A stretch of 64,000 nt of DNA from Lachnospiraceae bacterium (GCA_017400305.1 JAFPTK010000003.1:2724-66723); one strand, 5' to 3'. Shown: positions 44,987 through 54,388, counted from the stretch's first letter. Numbers and translations: made by a program. Notes: generated from the sequence alone by a model not told the origin.

Positions 44987-47601
44987 CAGAACATCTTGAT
45001 CAGACGCACGACGTTCTCATTGCCGATATAGTCGTAGGTCACCTGATCCATCATACGCATCACCATAAAGATCCCCAGTCCGCCTTCCGTCCGCTCTTCG
45101 ATGGGCGCGTCGATGTCAGGCCGCTCCTGCTTGGTCGGATCGAACGGTGTCCCGCGGTCCGCGATGGTCAGGATGGCTCTCCGGTTCTCCGTGCACTCCA
45201 CCGCGATCCGGACATCTCCCTTTTCTCTTCGATACGCGAACTTGACCACATTGACAAACAGCTCCTCCGTCGCCAGGATAATCTGCGTCAGGATCAGTTC
45301 CGGGACGTTGTGGCGCTCCAGGAACGGTGTCATCCACACGCGGATCTCCTCGAAGGTCGCCGACTGCGCGGGGAAGAGCCGCTCCACCTTGCGATCATCA
45401 CGGGAGACATAGTATTCACGGAATTCCACCTCCAGCATCGTGATATCGTCAAACTGGTCCGCCTCTCCCCGGAAGGCCGCGATCTCCTCGCCGATCTTCT
45501 CGACGCGCTCCCTGACCTCCAGGTTTCCGCACTGCTTCATCCACGCAAGGAGCCTGTCCTCGCCGACAAATTCCTCCTGTTCATTCTTGGCTTCCGTCAC
45601 GCCGTCCGTGTAGAGATAGAGGCGGTCTCCCAGAGAGATCCGGACCTCTTCCTCGCGGTAGAACAGATCGTCCATCCATCCCATGACCAGCTGGGGTTCG
45701 CTCTCCGACAGGTATTCCGGATCGCCACCCCTCCGGGTGAGGACCGGGGGATTATGTCCCGCATTGACGTAGATCAGCTGGCCGGTCTCCGTATCCAGCA
45801 TGCCGAGCCAGACGGTGACGAAGAGGTTCACCTCGTTGTTGTCGCACAGAGACCGGTTGGCGTTGGTCATGGCTTTGCCCGGGGAGCGTGTGATCGTCAG
45901 CTGCTCCTGGATCAGTGTCTTGGAAATGACCATGAACAGTGCCGCCGGCACCCCTTTCCCGGACACGTCACCGATCACGAAGGCGATGTGACTGTCATCC
46001 ACCAGGAAGAAGTCGTAGAAATCTCCTCCCACCTCCTTGGCCGGATGCATCGTCGCATAGAGCTCCACATCCTTCCGGTCGGGGAACAGATTGAAGATCG
46101 AGGGCAGCATCCCCTCCTGGATCTGCGTCGCCACCGAGAGCTCGGCGCCGATCTTCTCCTTTTCCACCGTCATATTCTGGATCTCGCTCATGGAGTCTGC
46201 GATGTTGATCTCCATGTCGCGCATGGTATTCCACAGACCCTCGATCTCATCGCCGGTCTTGATCTTCAGATCGCCGAAGAAGGTCTGATTCTGATCCAGT
46301 CGGGTCTCTTCGCGCTCGATGAATCGCACACCAGCCTGCTGCAGCTTCTTGATCGGCCGTACGATCTGATTCGCCGTGATCAGAGACAGGGCGACCGCAA
46401 GGAGGATCAGGACCACGGTGACGATCAGCGTCACCTGGTACATCGTCTGTGCCCCCCTCATCGACCGGTCAACGGAGTGCGCATAGACTTCATCCGCCTG
46501 CCGGATCATCTCATCCGCCGGCGCATCCTGGACGCTCTTCGCCACACCGATGAACTCAGTCCATCCGACGGTCTTAAGGGGTGCATAGGCCAGGTAGATC
46601 GGTTCGTCATCGACCATGATCTCCGTAAACCCGCTTTCGCCCTTCAGGGCGTCCTCCACCACCATGACCAGATCCATGTTGGTGCTCTCCATCAGGTTGT
46701 TGACGACGTCCTCGCCCACACTGAGCTCGCCGCTCTCCTTCTGGGAGAAGATGACGTAACCGTTCTGGTTGACCAGACAGGTGAAGCCCTCATTTCCGAA
46801 GGAGGCATTGTCGATGATGCTTTCGATATTGTCCAGACTGATCGAGCCGCCGCAGACAGCCAGCAGCTCATCATTCACATAGACCGGGATCCCGATCATC
46901 ATCTGACTCTTCTTCGTGTAATAGTCCCGGTTGACGGGGGAGAAGTACACATCGCCGGTAGCCACGGCACCGGCATACCAGGGCCGCCGCAGGGCATCAA
47001 AGGTCATGACGTTTCCGTCCTTATCAAATTTCTCGGCGGCGATCCGGTCCGCGACGATGCTCATTCCCTCCGGCAGGGCGATGATGCAGTCCTGCAGGAT
47101 CCCGCTTCCGTCCACGATCTCCCTCATGATCGGGCCGACATTTCCCAACTTCCCGATCTTTTCCATGGTTTCCGTATCATCTTCTCTGGCGTATCGCGAA
47201 TACAGAAGATGCACGGTCGTGGTGGAACCGGCGTACTTGTTGGGCGGATATACCTTCACGGCGGTGAAACGCTCCGGATTCTCCAGTACCTCTCCCACCT
47301 CCCGGGAGAGCAGCTCCATGTCATGCATCATGGTCCAGAATTCCCTGTCCGCCAGGGACGCGGACGAATCCGCCATCTTCTGGAAGCTCTCCTTGAGCGT
47401 CTGACGGGTCATGTCCGGCATCGTCTCCTTGATCAACTGCTCCTGCTCATCCATGGTATCGTCCATGAGACGGACGAAATTGGAGAACTCCGCATTCCCG
47501 ATGAGAGCAAATACGACGATGGACGAGATCACCAGGAACGCGCTGATGGCGAAAAGCTTCAGTCGCAGGCCTCCGGTTCGGTTTACACTTGTTTTTTTCA
47601 T
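44986..47601 (-). CDS. Membrane sensor: Cache, HAMP, PP2C/SpoIIE phosphatase and anti-sigma-type HATPase domains
   Basis: RPWYAGA (Cache); EVGGDFYDFF, IGDVSGKG, NAGHNPP, LYTDGVTEA, DDITML; EELFVNVVKFAY, DRGTPFDP, GGLGIFMV. Confidence 0.93.
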   Translation of the reverse strand: MKKTSVNRTGGLRLKLFAISAFLVISSIVVFALIGNAEFSNFVRLMDDTMDEQEQLIKETMPDMTRQTLKESFQKMADSSASLADREFWTMMHDMELLSREVGEVLENPERFTAVKVYPPNKYAGSTTTVHLLYSRYAREDDTETMEKIGKLGNVGPIMREIVDGSGILQDCIIALPEGMSIVADRIAAEKFDKDGNVMTFDALRRPWYAGAVATGDVYFSPVNRDYYTKKSQMMIGIPVYVNDELLAVCGGSISLDNIESIIDNASFGNEGFTCLVNQNGYVIFSQKESGELSVGEDVVNNLMESTNMDLVMVVEDALKGESGFTEIMVDDEPIYLAYAPLKTVGWTEFIGVAKSVQDAPADEMIRQADEVYAHSVDRSMRGAQTMYQVTLIVTVVLILLAVALSLITANQIVRPIKKLQQAGVRFIEREETRLDQNQTFFGDLKIKTGDEIEGLWNTMRDMEINIADSMSEIQNMTVEKEKIGAELSVATQIQEGMLPSIFNLFPDRKDVELYATMHPAKEVGGDFYDFFLVDDSHIAFVIGDVSGKGVPAALFMVISKTLIQEQLTITRSPGKAMTNANRSLCDNNEVNLFVTVWLGMLDTETGQLIYVNAGHNPPVLTRRGGDPEYLSESEPQLVMGWMDDLFYREEEVRISLGDRLYLYTDGVTEAKNEQEEFVGEDRLLAWMKQCGNLEVRERVEKIGEEIAAFRGEADQFDDITMLEVEFREYYVSRDDRKVERLFPAQSATFEEIRVWMTPFLERHNVPELILTQIILATEELFVNVVKFAYRREKGDVRIAVECTENRRAILTIADRGTPFDPTKQERPDIDAPIEERTEGGLGIFMVMRMMDQVTYDYIGNENVVRLIKMF

Positions 47602-47623
47602 GCTTTCTGCCTTTCGGGCGAGG

Positions 47624-49327
47624 TCATTTTAATACGACATCCTTGTAGATGATACTGTGCCAGCCGGCCCAATACGGGGTGAAGGACGAGACCCGCTCTC
47701 CGATCACATAATCGTGGTAGCAGGAATACAACGGTACCCAGACCGCCTCGTCCTGAAACAGTTTCTTTTCGATCGCCGCGTACTCGGCGAGGCGTTTCTC
47801 CTCCTGCACGATGGAACGGGCATCCACCACGCGCTGAAACAGGCTCTCGTCTCCGTAATTGACGGAACGGTAGACGGAATTCTCCCTGGATCCGAAAAAG
47901 GTGTAGAGGAAATTATCCGGATCATTGTCATCCGCGACCCATCGGGCGAGATAACACATGATCAGCCCGCGCTTCCTGAGATAGTTTCTGGGTGATTCAT
48001 CATAGTTGACGATCGATACACGGATCCCGATCTCTTCCAGATCCTGGCTGATCATGTGCAGCACGGTCTTATCTGCCACGCTCTCCTCCACGTTGGCTGC
48101 GACCTCCAGGCTGAAGCCGTCCGCGTATCCGGCGTCTGCCAGTAACTTCTTCGCCTGTTCCGGATCGTACTGAAGCCACCCCTGGTTGTCCTTCGTGTAG
48201 CCGATCAGTCCCTTGGGGAATATCCCGTCCATGATCGTCCCGCCCCCGCCATAGACGGTCTTTAAGATCTTCTCCCGATCGATCGCCATCTGGATGGCTT
48301 TGCGCACCTTGACATTATCGAGCGGTTCAAATTCGTTGTTGAGGATCAGGCAGCGCAGCTCCACGTTGCTCTTTCTCACGATGCGGTTCCGGTATCTGCC
48401 GCGGGCGTAATCCTTTTCCAGGAGCTTCCGATTGATGAGCTGCCCGTCCAGGATGTCCAGCTCTCTGTTCTGAAATGCGCGATGCATCATGACAGGGGGG
48501 ATGACCCGCGCCTCCACCTCTTTGGCTGAGGGGGCCTCGCCCCAGTAATAGGGATTTGCGACAAACCGCATGAAATCCGGTCTCCATTCCGTCACGATGT
48601 ACGGGCCGGAGCCGATCGAATACGCCGGGTCGGTGCCGAAGGCATCTCCCCCCTCGCGTACGCTCTTCTCACATAAGATACTGCAGGACGGGGTCGCCAA
48701 CTGCGGCAGATATCCCGCAAACGGGGCTTTTAACGTGATCTCGATCTGTGTGTCATTGATGACCCGGATGCCCTCCGGTGTCTCAACCTCCCCGCTCATG
48801 ACGGCTTCCGCACCCAGGATCGCATCGGCGAAGTCCGTCTGACTGCTCTCCGGCTGCAGCATCCTGCTGAAGGAAAAGGCCACATCCCGGGCGGTCAGCT
48901 TCGAGCCGTCCGAGAACAGCACATCATCCCGCAGTGTAAAATGATAGGTCCTGCCATCCTCCGACAGGGAATATTCCTTCACCAGACTGGGGATCAACTC
49001 CGTGGAGCCGTCCAGATTCTGCTGCACCTCAAAGAGGCGGTCATAGACATTGAGCGGGACCGCATAATCGCCGCTGGTCCGATCGATATCCATGGTCTCC
49101 TGCTCCTCGTCCACAGCGATCCGCAACAGTCCCTCGGCCGGAGCCGACGTGTCCTGTTTCTCCGCCGGGACTTCCGTTTGGGATCCGATCTCCCCGGCCT
49201 CTGCCCCTGCGGCTCCGGTGTCACCGGCACCACCTGCTCCCATCGGCTGTCCCGCGCCGCAGCCGGTCAGCATCACGGCGACGCCCAGCGCCGCCAGCCG
49301 CATCAGGCGCTTGCTTAACTGTCTCAT
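47624..49327 (-). CDS. ABC peptide/nickel-type solute-binding lipoprotein (family 5), orphan
   Basis: Lipobox LTGC; YHFTLRDDVLFSDG, IGSGPY, VRKAIQMAIDRE; no permease or ATPase genes adjacent. Confidence 0.92.
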   Translation of the reverse strand: MRQLSKRLMRLAALGVAVMLTGCGAGQPMGAGGAGDTGAAGAEAGEIGSQTEVPAEKQDTSAPAEGLLRIAVDEEQETMDIDRTSGDYAVPLNVYDRLFEVQQNLDGSTELIPSLVKEYSLSEDGRTYHFTLRDDVLFSDGSKLTARDVAFSFSRMLQPESSQTDFADAILGAEAVMSGEVETPEGIRVINDTQIEITLKAPFAGYLPQLATPSCSILCEKSVREGGDAFGTDPAYSIGSGPYIVTEWRPDFMRFVANPYYWGEAPSAKEVEARVIPPVMMHRAFQNRELDILDGQLINRKLLEKDYARGRYRNRIVRKSNVELRCLILNNEFEPLDNVKVRKAIQMAIDREKILKTVYGGGGTIMDGIFPKGLIGYTKDNQGWLQYDPEQAKKLLADAGYADGFSLEVAANVEESVADKTVLHMISQDLEEIGIRVSIVNYDESPRNYLRKRGLIMCYLARWVADDNDPDNFLYTFFGSRENSVYRSVNYGDESLFQRVVDARSIVQEEKRLAEYAAIEKKLFQDEAVWVPLYSCYHDYVIGERVSSFTPYWAGWHSIIYKDVVLK

Positions 49328-49362
49328 CCATGTACCTCCGATCGATACACTGCACCATGATC

Positions 49363-49396
49363 ATTTTAGGGGTTGGATAGTGACATTAGCATGACA
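49363..49396 (-). promoter_or_regulatory. Promoter of the SBP-PP2C-calpain-regulator operon: box TGTCATGCTAATGTCA plus -10 TAAAAT
   Basis: TGTCA at 49396-49392 and 49385-49381, 12 nt to the -10 at 49368-49363. Confidence 0.75.
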
Positions 49397-49423
49397 GAAA
49401 ACCCGCCGGAAGTCAATGATGAG

Positions 49424-49675
49424 TCAAACTGAACCGTCCCCTTTGACTCCCCGGAACAGTTCCCGAAACTCCTTCCTGCCCGGGACCCACGCCTTCTCGT
49501 AGATATGGGTGAAATGATTCTTCACCGTCTGCTCAGAGATCCCCAGCATATACGCGATCCTGCGGTTGGAGAAGCCGGACACCTTGAGGAATCCCAGCTC
49601 CAGCTCCCGCTTCGTGAGACCCAGCCCACGCGCCACCGCGAGATACCGTTCCTTCTTGATCCCGTCCTCATTCAT
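49424..49675 (-). CDS. Stand-alone LuxR/GerE-type HTH regulator
   Basis: LTKRELE...GFSNRRIAYMLGISEQTVKNHFTHIYEK; ATG 49675 overlaps the upstream stop region. Confidence 0.9.
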   Translation of the reverse strand: MNEDGIKKERYLAVARGLGLTKRELELGFLKVSGFSNRRIAYMLGISEQTVKNHFTHIYEKAWVPGRKEFRELFRGVKGDGSV

Positions 49676-50147
49676 CTTCGAGATCCATCTCCTCATTCAT
49701 CCTGCGCTCGGCATTGAGGCGAAGCGGCATCAGGAAGAATTCCAGGATCACCGCGTAGAATCCGGACAGGAAGCACACCGCCAGGCTGGGCCCCAGTACA
49801 GAGAGATCATCCAGCCGCCCCAGGATCAGGACTCCCGAGGTGATGATCGCAAACAGCGCCGCAAATACGGTCAGCTTCTGCGCGGCGCTCACCGCACCGA
49901 TGATGTTCTTAAGCTCCAGCAGCCGGTACTCTTTTATCCCGACGGAGAAAGCCTTCAGGAAATCCTTCCACTCCCCCATGATGATGAGTCCCGGGATCAG
50001 GATCAGCAGGATCAGCAGCAGCGAGGGCAGATCGAGGAACCAGAGGATCGCGGAGAATCCCCAGCTTCCCAGCAGGATGTTAAACAGGAAGATCGCAACA
50101 AAGAGTAACAGCTCCCCCAGCAATACCAGTCTGATGTTCTTTTTCAT
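49668..50147 (-). CDS. Four-TM membrane protein, distantly MotA/ExbB-like (alternative start 50201)
   Basis: AAGGAGG RBS; FLDLPSLLLIL and LGPSLAVCFLSGFYA resemble MotA TM motifs. Confidence 0.6.
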   Translation of the reverse strand: MKKNIRLVLLGELLLFVAIFLFNILLGSWGFSAILWFLDLPSLLLILLILIPGLIIMGEWKDFLKAFSVGIKEYRLLELKNIIGAVSAAQKLTVFAALFAIITSGVLILGRLDDLSVLGPSLAVCFLSGFYAVILEFFLMPLRLNAERRMNEEMDLEDE

Positions 50148-50248
50148 GACAGCCTCCTTTCCGATGTCACGGTGAAACTTATCCTGTCTCCACCATACCA
50201 TCCTGTCCTCCCTGTGAATATAGTACCTTTTTTTCTACCCGTCTGGGA

Positions 50249-50257
50249 TGCTATAAT
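50249..50257 (+). promoter_or_regulatory. Extended -10 promoter element
   Basis: TGcTATAAT 80 nt upstream of ATG 50337. Confidence 0.55.
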
Positions 50258-50336
50258 AGGAACGATCGTCACGGGGATGCGGTGAAGTACCGTACCCGGG
50301 CGAGGTTTCGTCAGATCGGATCAGGAGGAGCATACC

Positions 50337-51983
50337 ATGATCAGTTGTCCGAATTGCGGCGGCAATCCGCGATTTGATATCGCGAGCCAGAAGTTATTGT
50401 GTCAGCACTGCGGCGCATCCTTTGATGTGGAGACCTTCCCGGAGGAGGAGACCGGTGCGAAGGCGCAGGAGGTCACGGGCGAATTCGTGGGAGACCCGGA
50501 CAAGATGCAGGTGACGATCTACACCTGCTCTCAATGCGGCGGCGAGCTGATGAGCACGGATTCCGACGCCACGGCTTTCTGCAGCTACTGCGGCTCCCAT
50601 CAGATCCTCGAGGAGCGGCTGTCGGTCCAGGAGCGGCCCAGGCGGATCATCCCCTTCAAGATCACGAAGGAAGACTGCAAAAAGGCCTACGCCGGGAAGC
50701 TCAAGAGAAACCTCTTTGCGCCGAAGGAATTAAAGGACCCCGCCCATATCGATGAATTCCGCGGGATCTACATGCCCTACTGGTCCTATGACTTCCGCCA
50801 ACAGGGGACCCTCACCCTGAACGGCTCCACCGAGCATCGGGAGGGCAACTACCGGATCATCGACAGCTATCATCTCACCGTGGATGCGGACAACACCTTC
50901 CGCGGGATCACCCACGATGCCTCCACCTCCTTTGACGACAAGATGTCAGAGAGTCTCGCTCCCTACGACACGCGGGCGACGGTGCCCTTCCGGACCCCCT
51001 ATCTCTCCGGTTTCTACGCGGATATCCCGGATGTGGATAAGACGACCTATGAACAGGAGGCCGCCCTGATGGCCGCCAGGGATACTCTCGAAAAGGCAAA
51101 GGATATCCCGGACTTCCGGCAATACGAGATGAAGGACTACGGCGATGCGGAGCTCGTCAACAGGACCAATACCAGTCTGGAATCGGTCGAGTCCGCCATG
51201 CTCCCCGTCTGGTTCCTGTCCTACCGCAACGGCGACCGGGTGGCCTATGCCGCCATCAACGGGCAGACGGGCAAGATGACCGCGGATATTCCGATCGCCC
51301 GGGTCCGCTATCTGGCGGGGGTTGCGATCGTGGCCGCCCTCCTCTGGATCGTCCTGCAGACCTTTAACATCTCTTCTCTCCGGGGGACCGTGCTGGCGAC
51401 GGTCTTTGGCGCGATGGCCGGCGGTCTGGTCTACGGCATGATCGTGCATAAGCTCGATGAGAATGAACAGAACCGTCTCTGGGAGGAGCGGATGCGCGAG
51501 CGAATGCGCGAGAGGAACGCCAAGGCCTCCGGGCAGGCTCCCGATCCGGAGGACAAGGAAAAGAAATCAAAGAAGAAGAAAAATCAGCTGCCCGTCCAGA
51601 AGGCCTCCGGTGCGGTGGGCGTCCTCGGAACCCTGGTCATCTGGCTGATCCTCATCGCCGCAGCCGGGATCCTGACCTTCCTGGACTTCCGGTGGGCGGT
51701 CCTGATCGAACCGTTACTGGTCGCAGGCTACGTGCAGCTTGGCTTTACCGAGGAAAATAAAAAGAAGGGACAGATCAGCAACTGGGCCCTCTGCGCGACC
51801 ACCCTGCTGGGCGTGCTGATCTGGCTCATCAACCCCTATGTCGACTCGGTCTATTACGGATCCTGCGTCCTGATGATGGTCTGCGTCGTCTGGTGCTTCT
51901 TCGACGCGCTGTACTATTACAATCAGCTCATGACCAGGCCGCTGCCTCAGTTCAACAAGAAGGGAGGTGATGACCGTGCATGA
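50337..51983 (+). CDS. Zinc-ribbon-containing membrane protein
   Basis: Four CxxC pairs; RGIYMPYW, MLPVWF, INGQTGK; C-terminal TM helices. Confidence 0.85.
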   Translation: MISCPNCGGNPRFDIASQKLLCQHCGASFDVETFPEEETGAKAQEVTGEFVGDPDKMQVTIYTCSQCGGELMSTDSDATAFCSYCGSHQILEERLSVQERPRRIIPFKITKEDCKKAYAGKLKRNLFAPKELKDPAHIDEFRGIYMPYWSYDFRQQGTLTLNGSTEHREGNYRIIDSYHLTVDADNTFRGITHDASTSFDDKMSESLAPYDTRATVPFRTPYLSGFYADIPDVDKTTYEQEAALMAARDTLEKAKDIPDFRQYEMKDYGDAELVNRTNTSLESVESAMLPVWFLSYRNGDRVAYAAINGQTGKMTADIPIARVRYLAGVAIVAALLWIVLQTFNISSLRGTVLATVFGAMAGGLVYGMIVHKLDENEQNRLWEERMRERMRERNAKASGQAPDPEDKEKKSKKKKNQLPVQKASGAVGVLGTLVIWLILIAAAGILTFLDFRWAVLIEPLLVAGYVQLGFTEENKKKGQISNWALCATTLLGVLIWLINPYVDSVYYGSCVLMMVCVVWCFFDALYYYNQLMTRPLPQFNKKGGDDRA

Positions 51984-52776
51984 TCACAGAATAAGGATCG
52001 GCGCCTTCCTGACCGCCGTGCTGTCCCTCGGCATGACGCTCCTCCTTCCCGTATCCGCGCTGGCGGTGCACGCCGAGGAGGAGGAACCGATTGCATCCGA
52101 TTATCAGATCTATCTGGGAGACTATGCCGATCTCCTGACGGATGAGGAGGAGAACGAGCTGTTTGAGGTCATGGCGGAAGGCACCCAGGACGGCAACATG
52201 GTCTTTATGACCATCGAGGACGCCCAGGGGTATGAGACCAAGGACTACATCGAGATGATCTATCAGACATCGGAGGAGCTCAAGGGGACGGACGCCGTCA
52301 TCTACATGATCGACATGGATAACCGTCTCCTGTGGATCACCGGCTATGGGGCGCCCCGCAAGCTGATCACACCGGATTACGGCAACCTGATCACGGACAA
52401 TGTCTATCGTTACGCCAAATCCGGTGATTATGCCACCTGTGCGATCAACGGATACCGGCAGATCATCCGGCGCCTGTCCGGCAGCCGCGTGTCCGGTGCC
52501 CTGCGGGGTGTCGGGAATCTCTGCATCGCCGTCATCATCGCGGAGATCCTGTGCTTTGTCATCGCCTATGCCACCTCCGCCGCCAAAAAGACCGGCGACG
52601 ATGAGATCCTTGACAACATCGAACGGATGGAGAATCTGCTGAATCCGAACGTCAAGAAGACCGGCAGACACAAGATCTATGATCCGCCCAAGAGCAGCAG
52701 CTCCGGCGGCGGCCGCAGCGGCGGTGGCGGCGGTGGCGGCGGATTCCACGGCGGCGGTGGCGGCCACGGATTCTAA
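51976..52776 (+). CDS. TPM-domain membrane protein with Gly-rich tail
   Basis: Signal peptide, DYADLLTDEEE, IDMDNR, TM helix, ends GGFHGGGGGHGF; GTG 51976 is best spaced from GGAGG. Confidence 0.88.
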   Translation: MHDHRIRIGAFLTAVLSLGMTLLLPVSALAVHAEEEEPIASDYQIYLGDYADLLTDEEENELFEVMAEGTQDGNMVFMTIEDAQGYETKDYIEMIYQTSEELKGTDAVIYMIDMDNRLLWITGYGAPRKLITPDYGNLITDNVYRYAKSGDYATCAINGYRQIIRRLSGSRVSGALRGVGNLCIAVIIAEILCFVIAYATSAAKKTGDDEILDNIERMENLLNPNVKKTGRHKIYDPPKSSSSGGGRSGGGGGGGGFHGGGGGHGF

Positions 52777-52825
52777 CCTCCTGTCCCGCTTCCACACCGA
52801 TCGATCAGACAGATACCGCATAAAC

Positions 52826-52856
52826 GCAGAAAAGACCGCAAAGCGGTCTTTTCTGC
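52826..52856. terminator. Bidirectional intrinsic terminator
   Basis: Perfect 14-bp inverted repeat GCAGAAAAGACCGC-AAA-GCGGTCTTTTCTGC between convergent genes. Confidence 0.85.
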
Positions 52857-52880
52857 CTTATGTCGTACCGAAAACCCGAA

Positions 52881-54191
52881 TTACTGCAGCACGTCCCGTA
52901 TGTTATTTAAGATCTCCTCCTCCTTAAACGGTTTGTTGATGAAGCGCTTCGCTCCTTCCTTCAGGGCTTTGATCAGTTTGTCCTGCTGCCCGGCGGCGGT
53001 GATCATGATGACCCTGGCTTCCGCGTCGAAGGCGAGGATCTTCGTGAGCGCCTCCAGACCGTCCATCTTAGGCATGGTGATATCGAGGGTGACCAGATCA
53101 GGCCGGATCTTTTGATAGGTCTCCACCGCCTCTTCTCCGTTGGCGGCTTCCCCGATGACGGAGTACCCGGCCTTCTCCAGGATGTTGCGGAGGATGCTGC
53201 GGGACATGCGGGAATCGTCCACCACCAGCACCTTCCCCAGGCTCTCCTGATCCGCCCCGGCCGAAACGGCGGTGGCGGTCACCGCGGCTGTCTGTTCCGG
53301 CGTCTCTCCCGGCACGAATTCCTCGTTGACGGAGAGGATCACATCCATCCGATGCCCCTCCAGAAATACGGGAAGGACGTAGAAATCACCTCTGGCGGTC
53401 TGCTTCCGGAAGCTCACCGGCGGCTCCATGTCGAGGTTCACCTTCTTCTTACTGAGTTCTGTCGCAAACAGGCCGTTCGTCACATTGATGAACTCGCCCA
53501 CCGCGTCGTAGGCGGATGCCCCGATCTGCGGGATCTCCTCGTGGGAGAAGGCGGAAGCGACCTTTAAAAACGCGCCGGGATCCTCTCCGGCCGAGATCCC
53601 GATGAAGACGGAATCATCTCCGGAAAGCTCCTGACAGGTCAGATGCGCATAGGCACATTCCTTCACGTGCTGCGCCTTGCCGATGTAATAGTCCGAGGAA
53701 ATGAAGCGGGTCAAGTTTCTCGCCGTCAGCGCGGCGATCTCACGGACATGCGGCTTCGTGGAGAGCACGAACAGCGGGATCAGCTGGTCGATATCATCCG
53801 ACTTGAGCGCCTCCATCTCGGCATCGGTGTAGCCGGAGTCCTTCTGATAGGCTTTCATCAGCTGATCCGCGTCGGACGCGGTCAGTCCCGTCAGCTCCGT
53901 CATGAGCTGGACAAACTGGAGATAGGCGTTGCCCTGCTTGGAGAGCAGCTCATCCATCTGCTCCTTAGTCAGCCACCCCTTTTCGATGGCGATATCGCCG
54001 AACCGTTTATCCAGCTGACGCTGGAGCCGGTTGATCTCCTCCGCCTGCTCTTCGCTCAAGAACCCCTCCGCCACGGCGATGGTACCGAGTCTCACCCGGA
54101 CCGCCTTCTGCTTCTCAAGGATCTCCCGATAGATCTCCTCCTTAATGATCGATTTTTCCGTCAGATACTTTCCAAACAGCTGTGCAAACAT
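52881..54191 (-). CDS. CheX/CheC-like phosphatase domain fused to a CheY-like receiver
   Basis: N-terminal RLGTIAV/RFGDIAI repeats; DAVGEFINVTNG (ExxN); VVDDS...TLDITMPKMDG...FINKPF. Confidence 0.85.
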   Translation of the reverse strand: MFAQLFGKYLTEKSIIKEEIYREILEKQKAVRVRLGTIAVAEGFLSEEQAEEINRLQRQLDKRFGDIAIEKGWLTKEQMDELLSKQGNAYLQFVQLMTELTGLTASDADQLMKAYQKDSGYTDAEMEALKSDDIDQLIPLFVLSTKPHVREIAALTARNLTRFISSDYYIGKAQHVKECAYAHLTCQELSGDDSVFIGISAGEDPGAFLKVASAFSHEEIPQIGASAYDAVGEFINVTNGLFATELSKKKVNLDMEPPVSFRKQTARGDFYVLPVFLEGHRMDVILSVNEEFVPGETPEQTAAVTATAVSAGADQESLGKVLVVDDSRMSRSILRNILEKAGYSVIGEAANGEEAVETYQKIRPDLVTLDITMPKMDGLEALTKILAFDAEARVIMITAAGQQDKLIKALKEGAKRFINKPFKEEEILNNIRDVLQ

Positions 54192-54229
54192 GAAATACCT
54201 CCGTTCTGTAAATGCCGTTCTGACACAAG

Positions 54230-54238
54230 ATTATATCA
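54230..54238 (-). promoter_or_regulatory. Extended -10 element for the CheX-REC gene
   Basis: TGaTATAAT on the minus strand. Confidence 0.5.
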
Positions 54239-54319
54239 TGACCGGCCGGAGCTGTGAATAGCAACCGGGAAGTCGGGGGAAGCTCCTGCTTTTCCCGTCA
54301 CCTACTTTTCTTCCGCCTG

Positions 54320-54328
54320 TGGTATAAT
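54320..54328 (+). promoter_or_regulatory. Extended -10 element for the aldo/keto reductase gene
   Basis: TGgTATAAT 60 nt upstream of ATG 54389. Confidence 0.55.
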
Positions 54329-54388
54329 GAGAGATGTGGCGCTGTGCCATACCGCTCATGTAACTGTTCCTGCAGAAAGGGGAAAAGT

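Noticed and set aside
85-49400. Many long plus-strand ORFs (e.g. 8657-10147, 34326-36377, 45310-47652)
   Set aside because: Antisense shadows of well-supported minus-strand genes, expected in high-GC DNA; no recognisable motifs
52690-52776. GGC-rich repeat tract
   Set aside because: Ordinary Gly-rich tail of TPM-domain proteins
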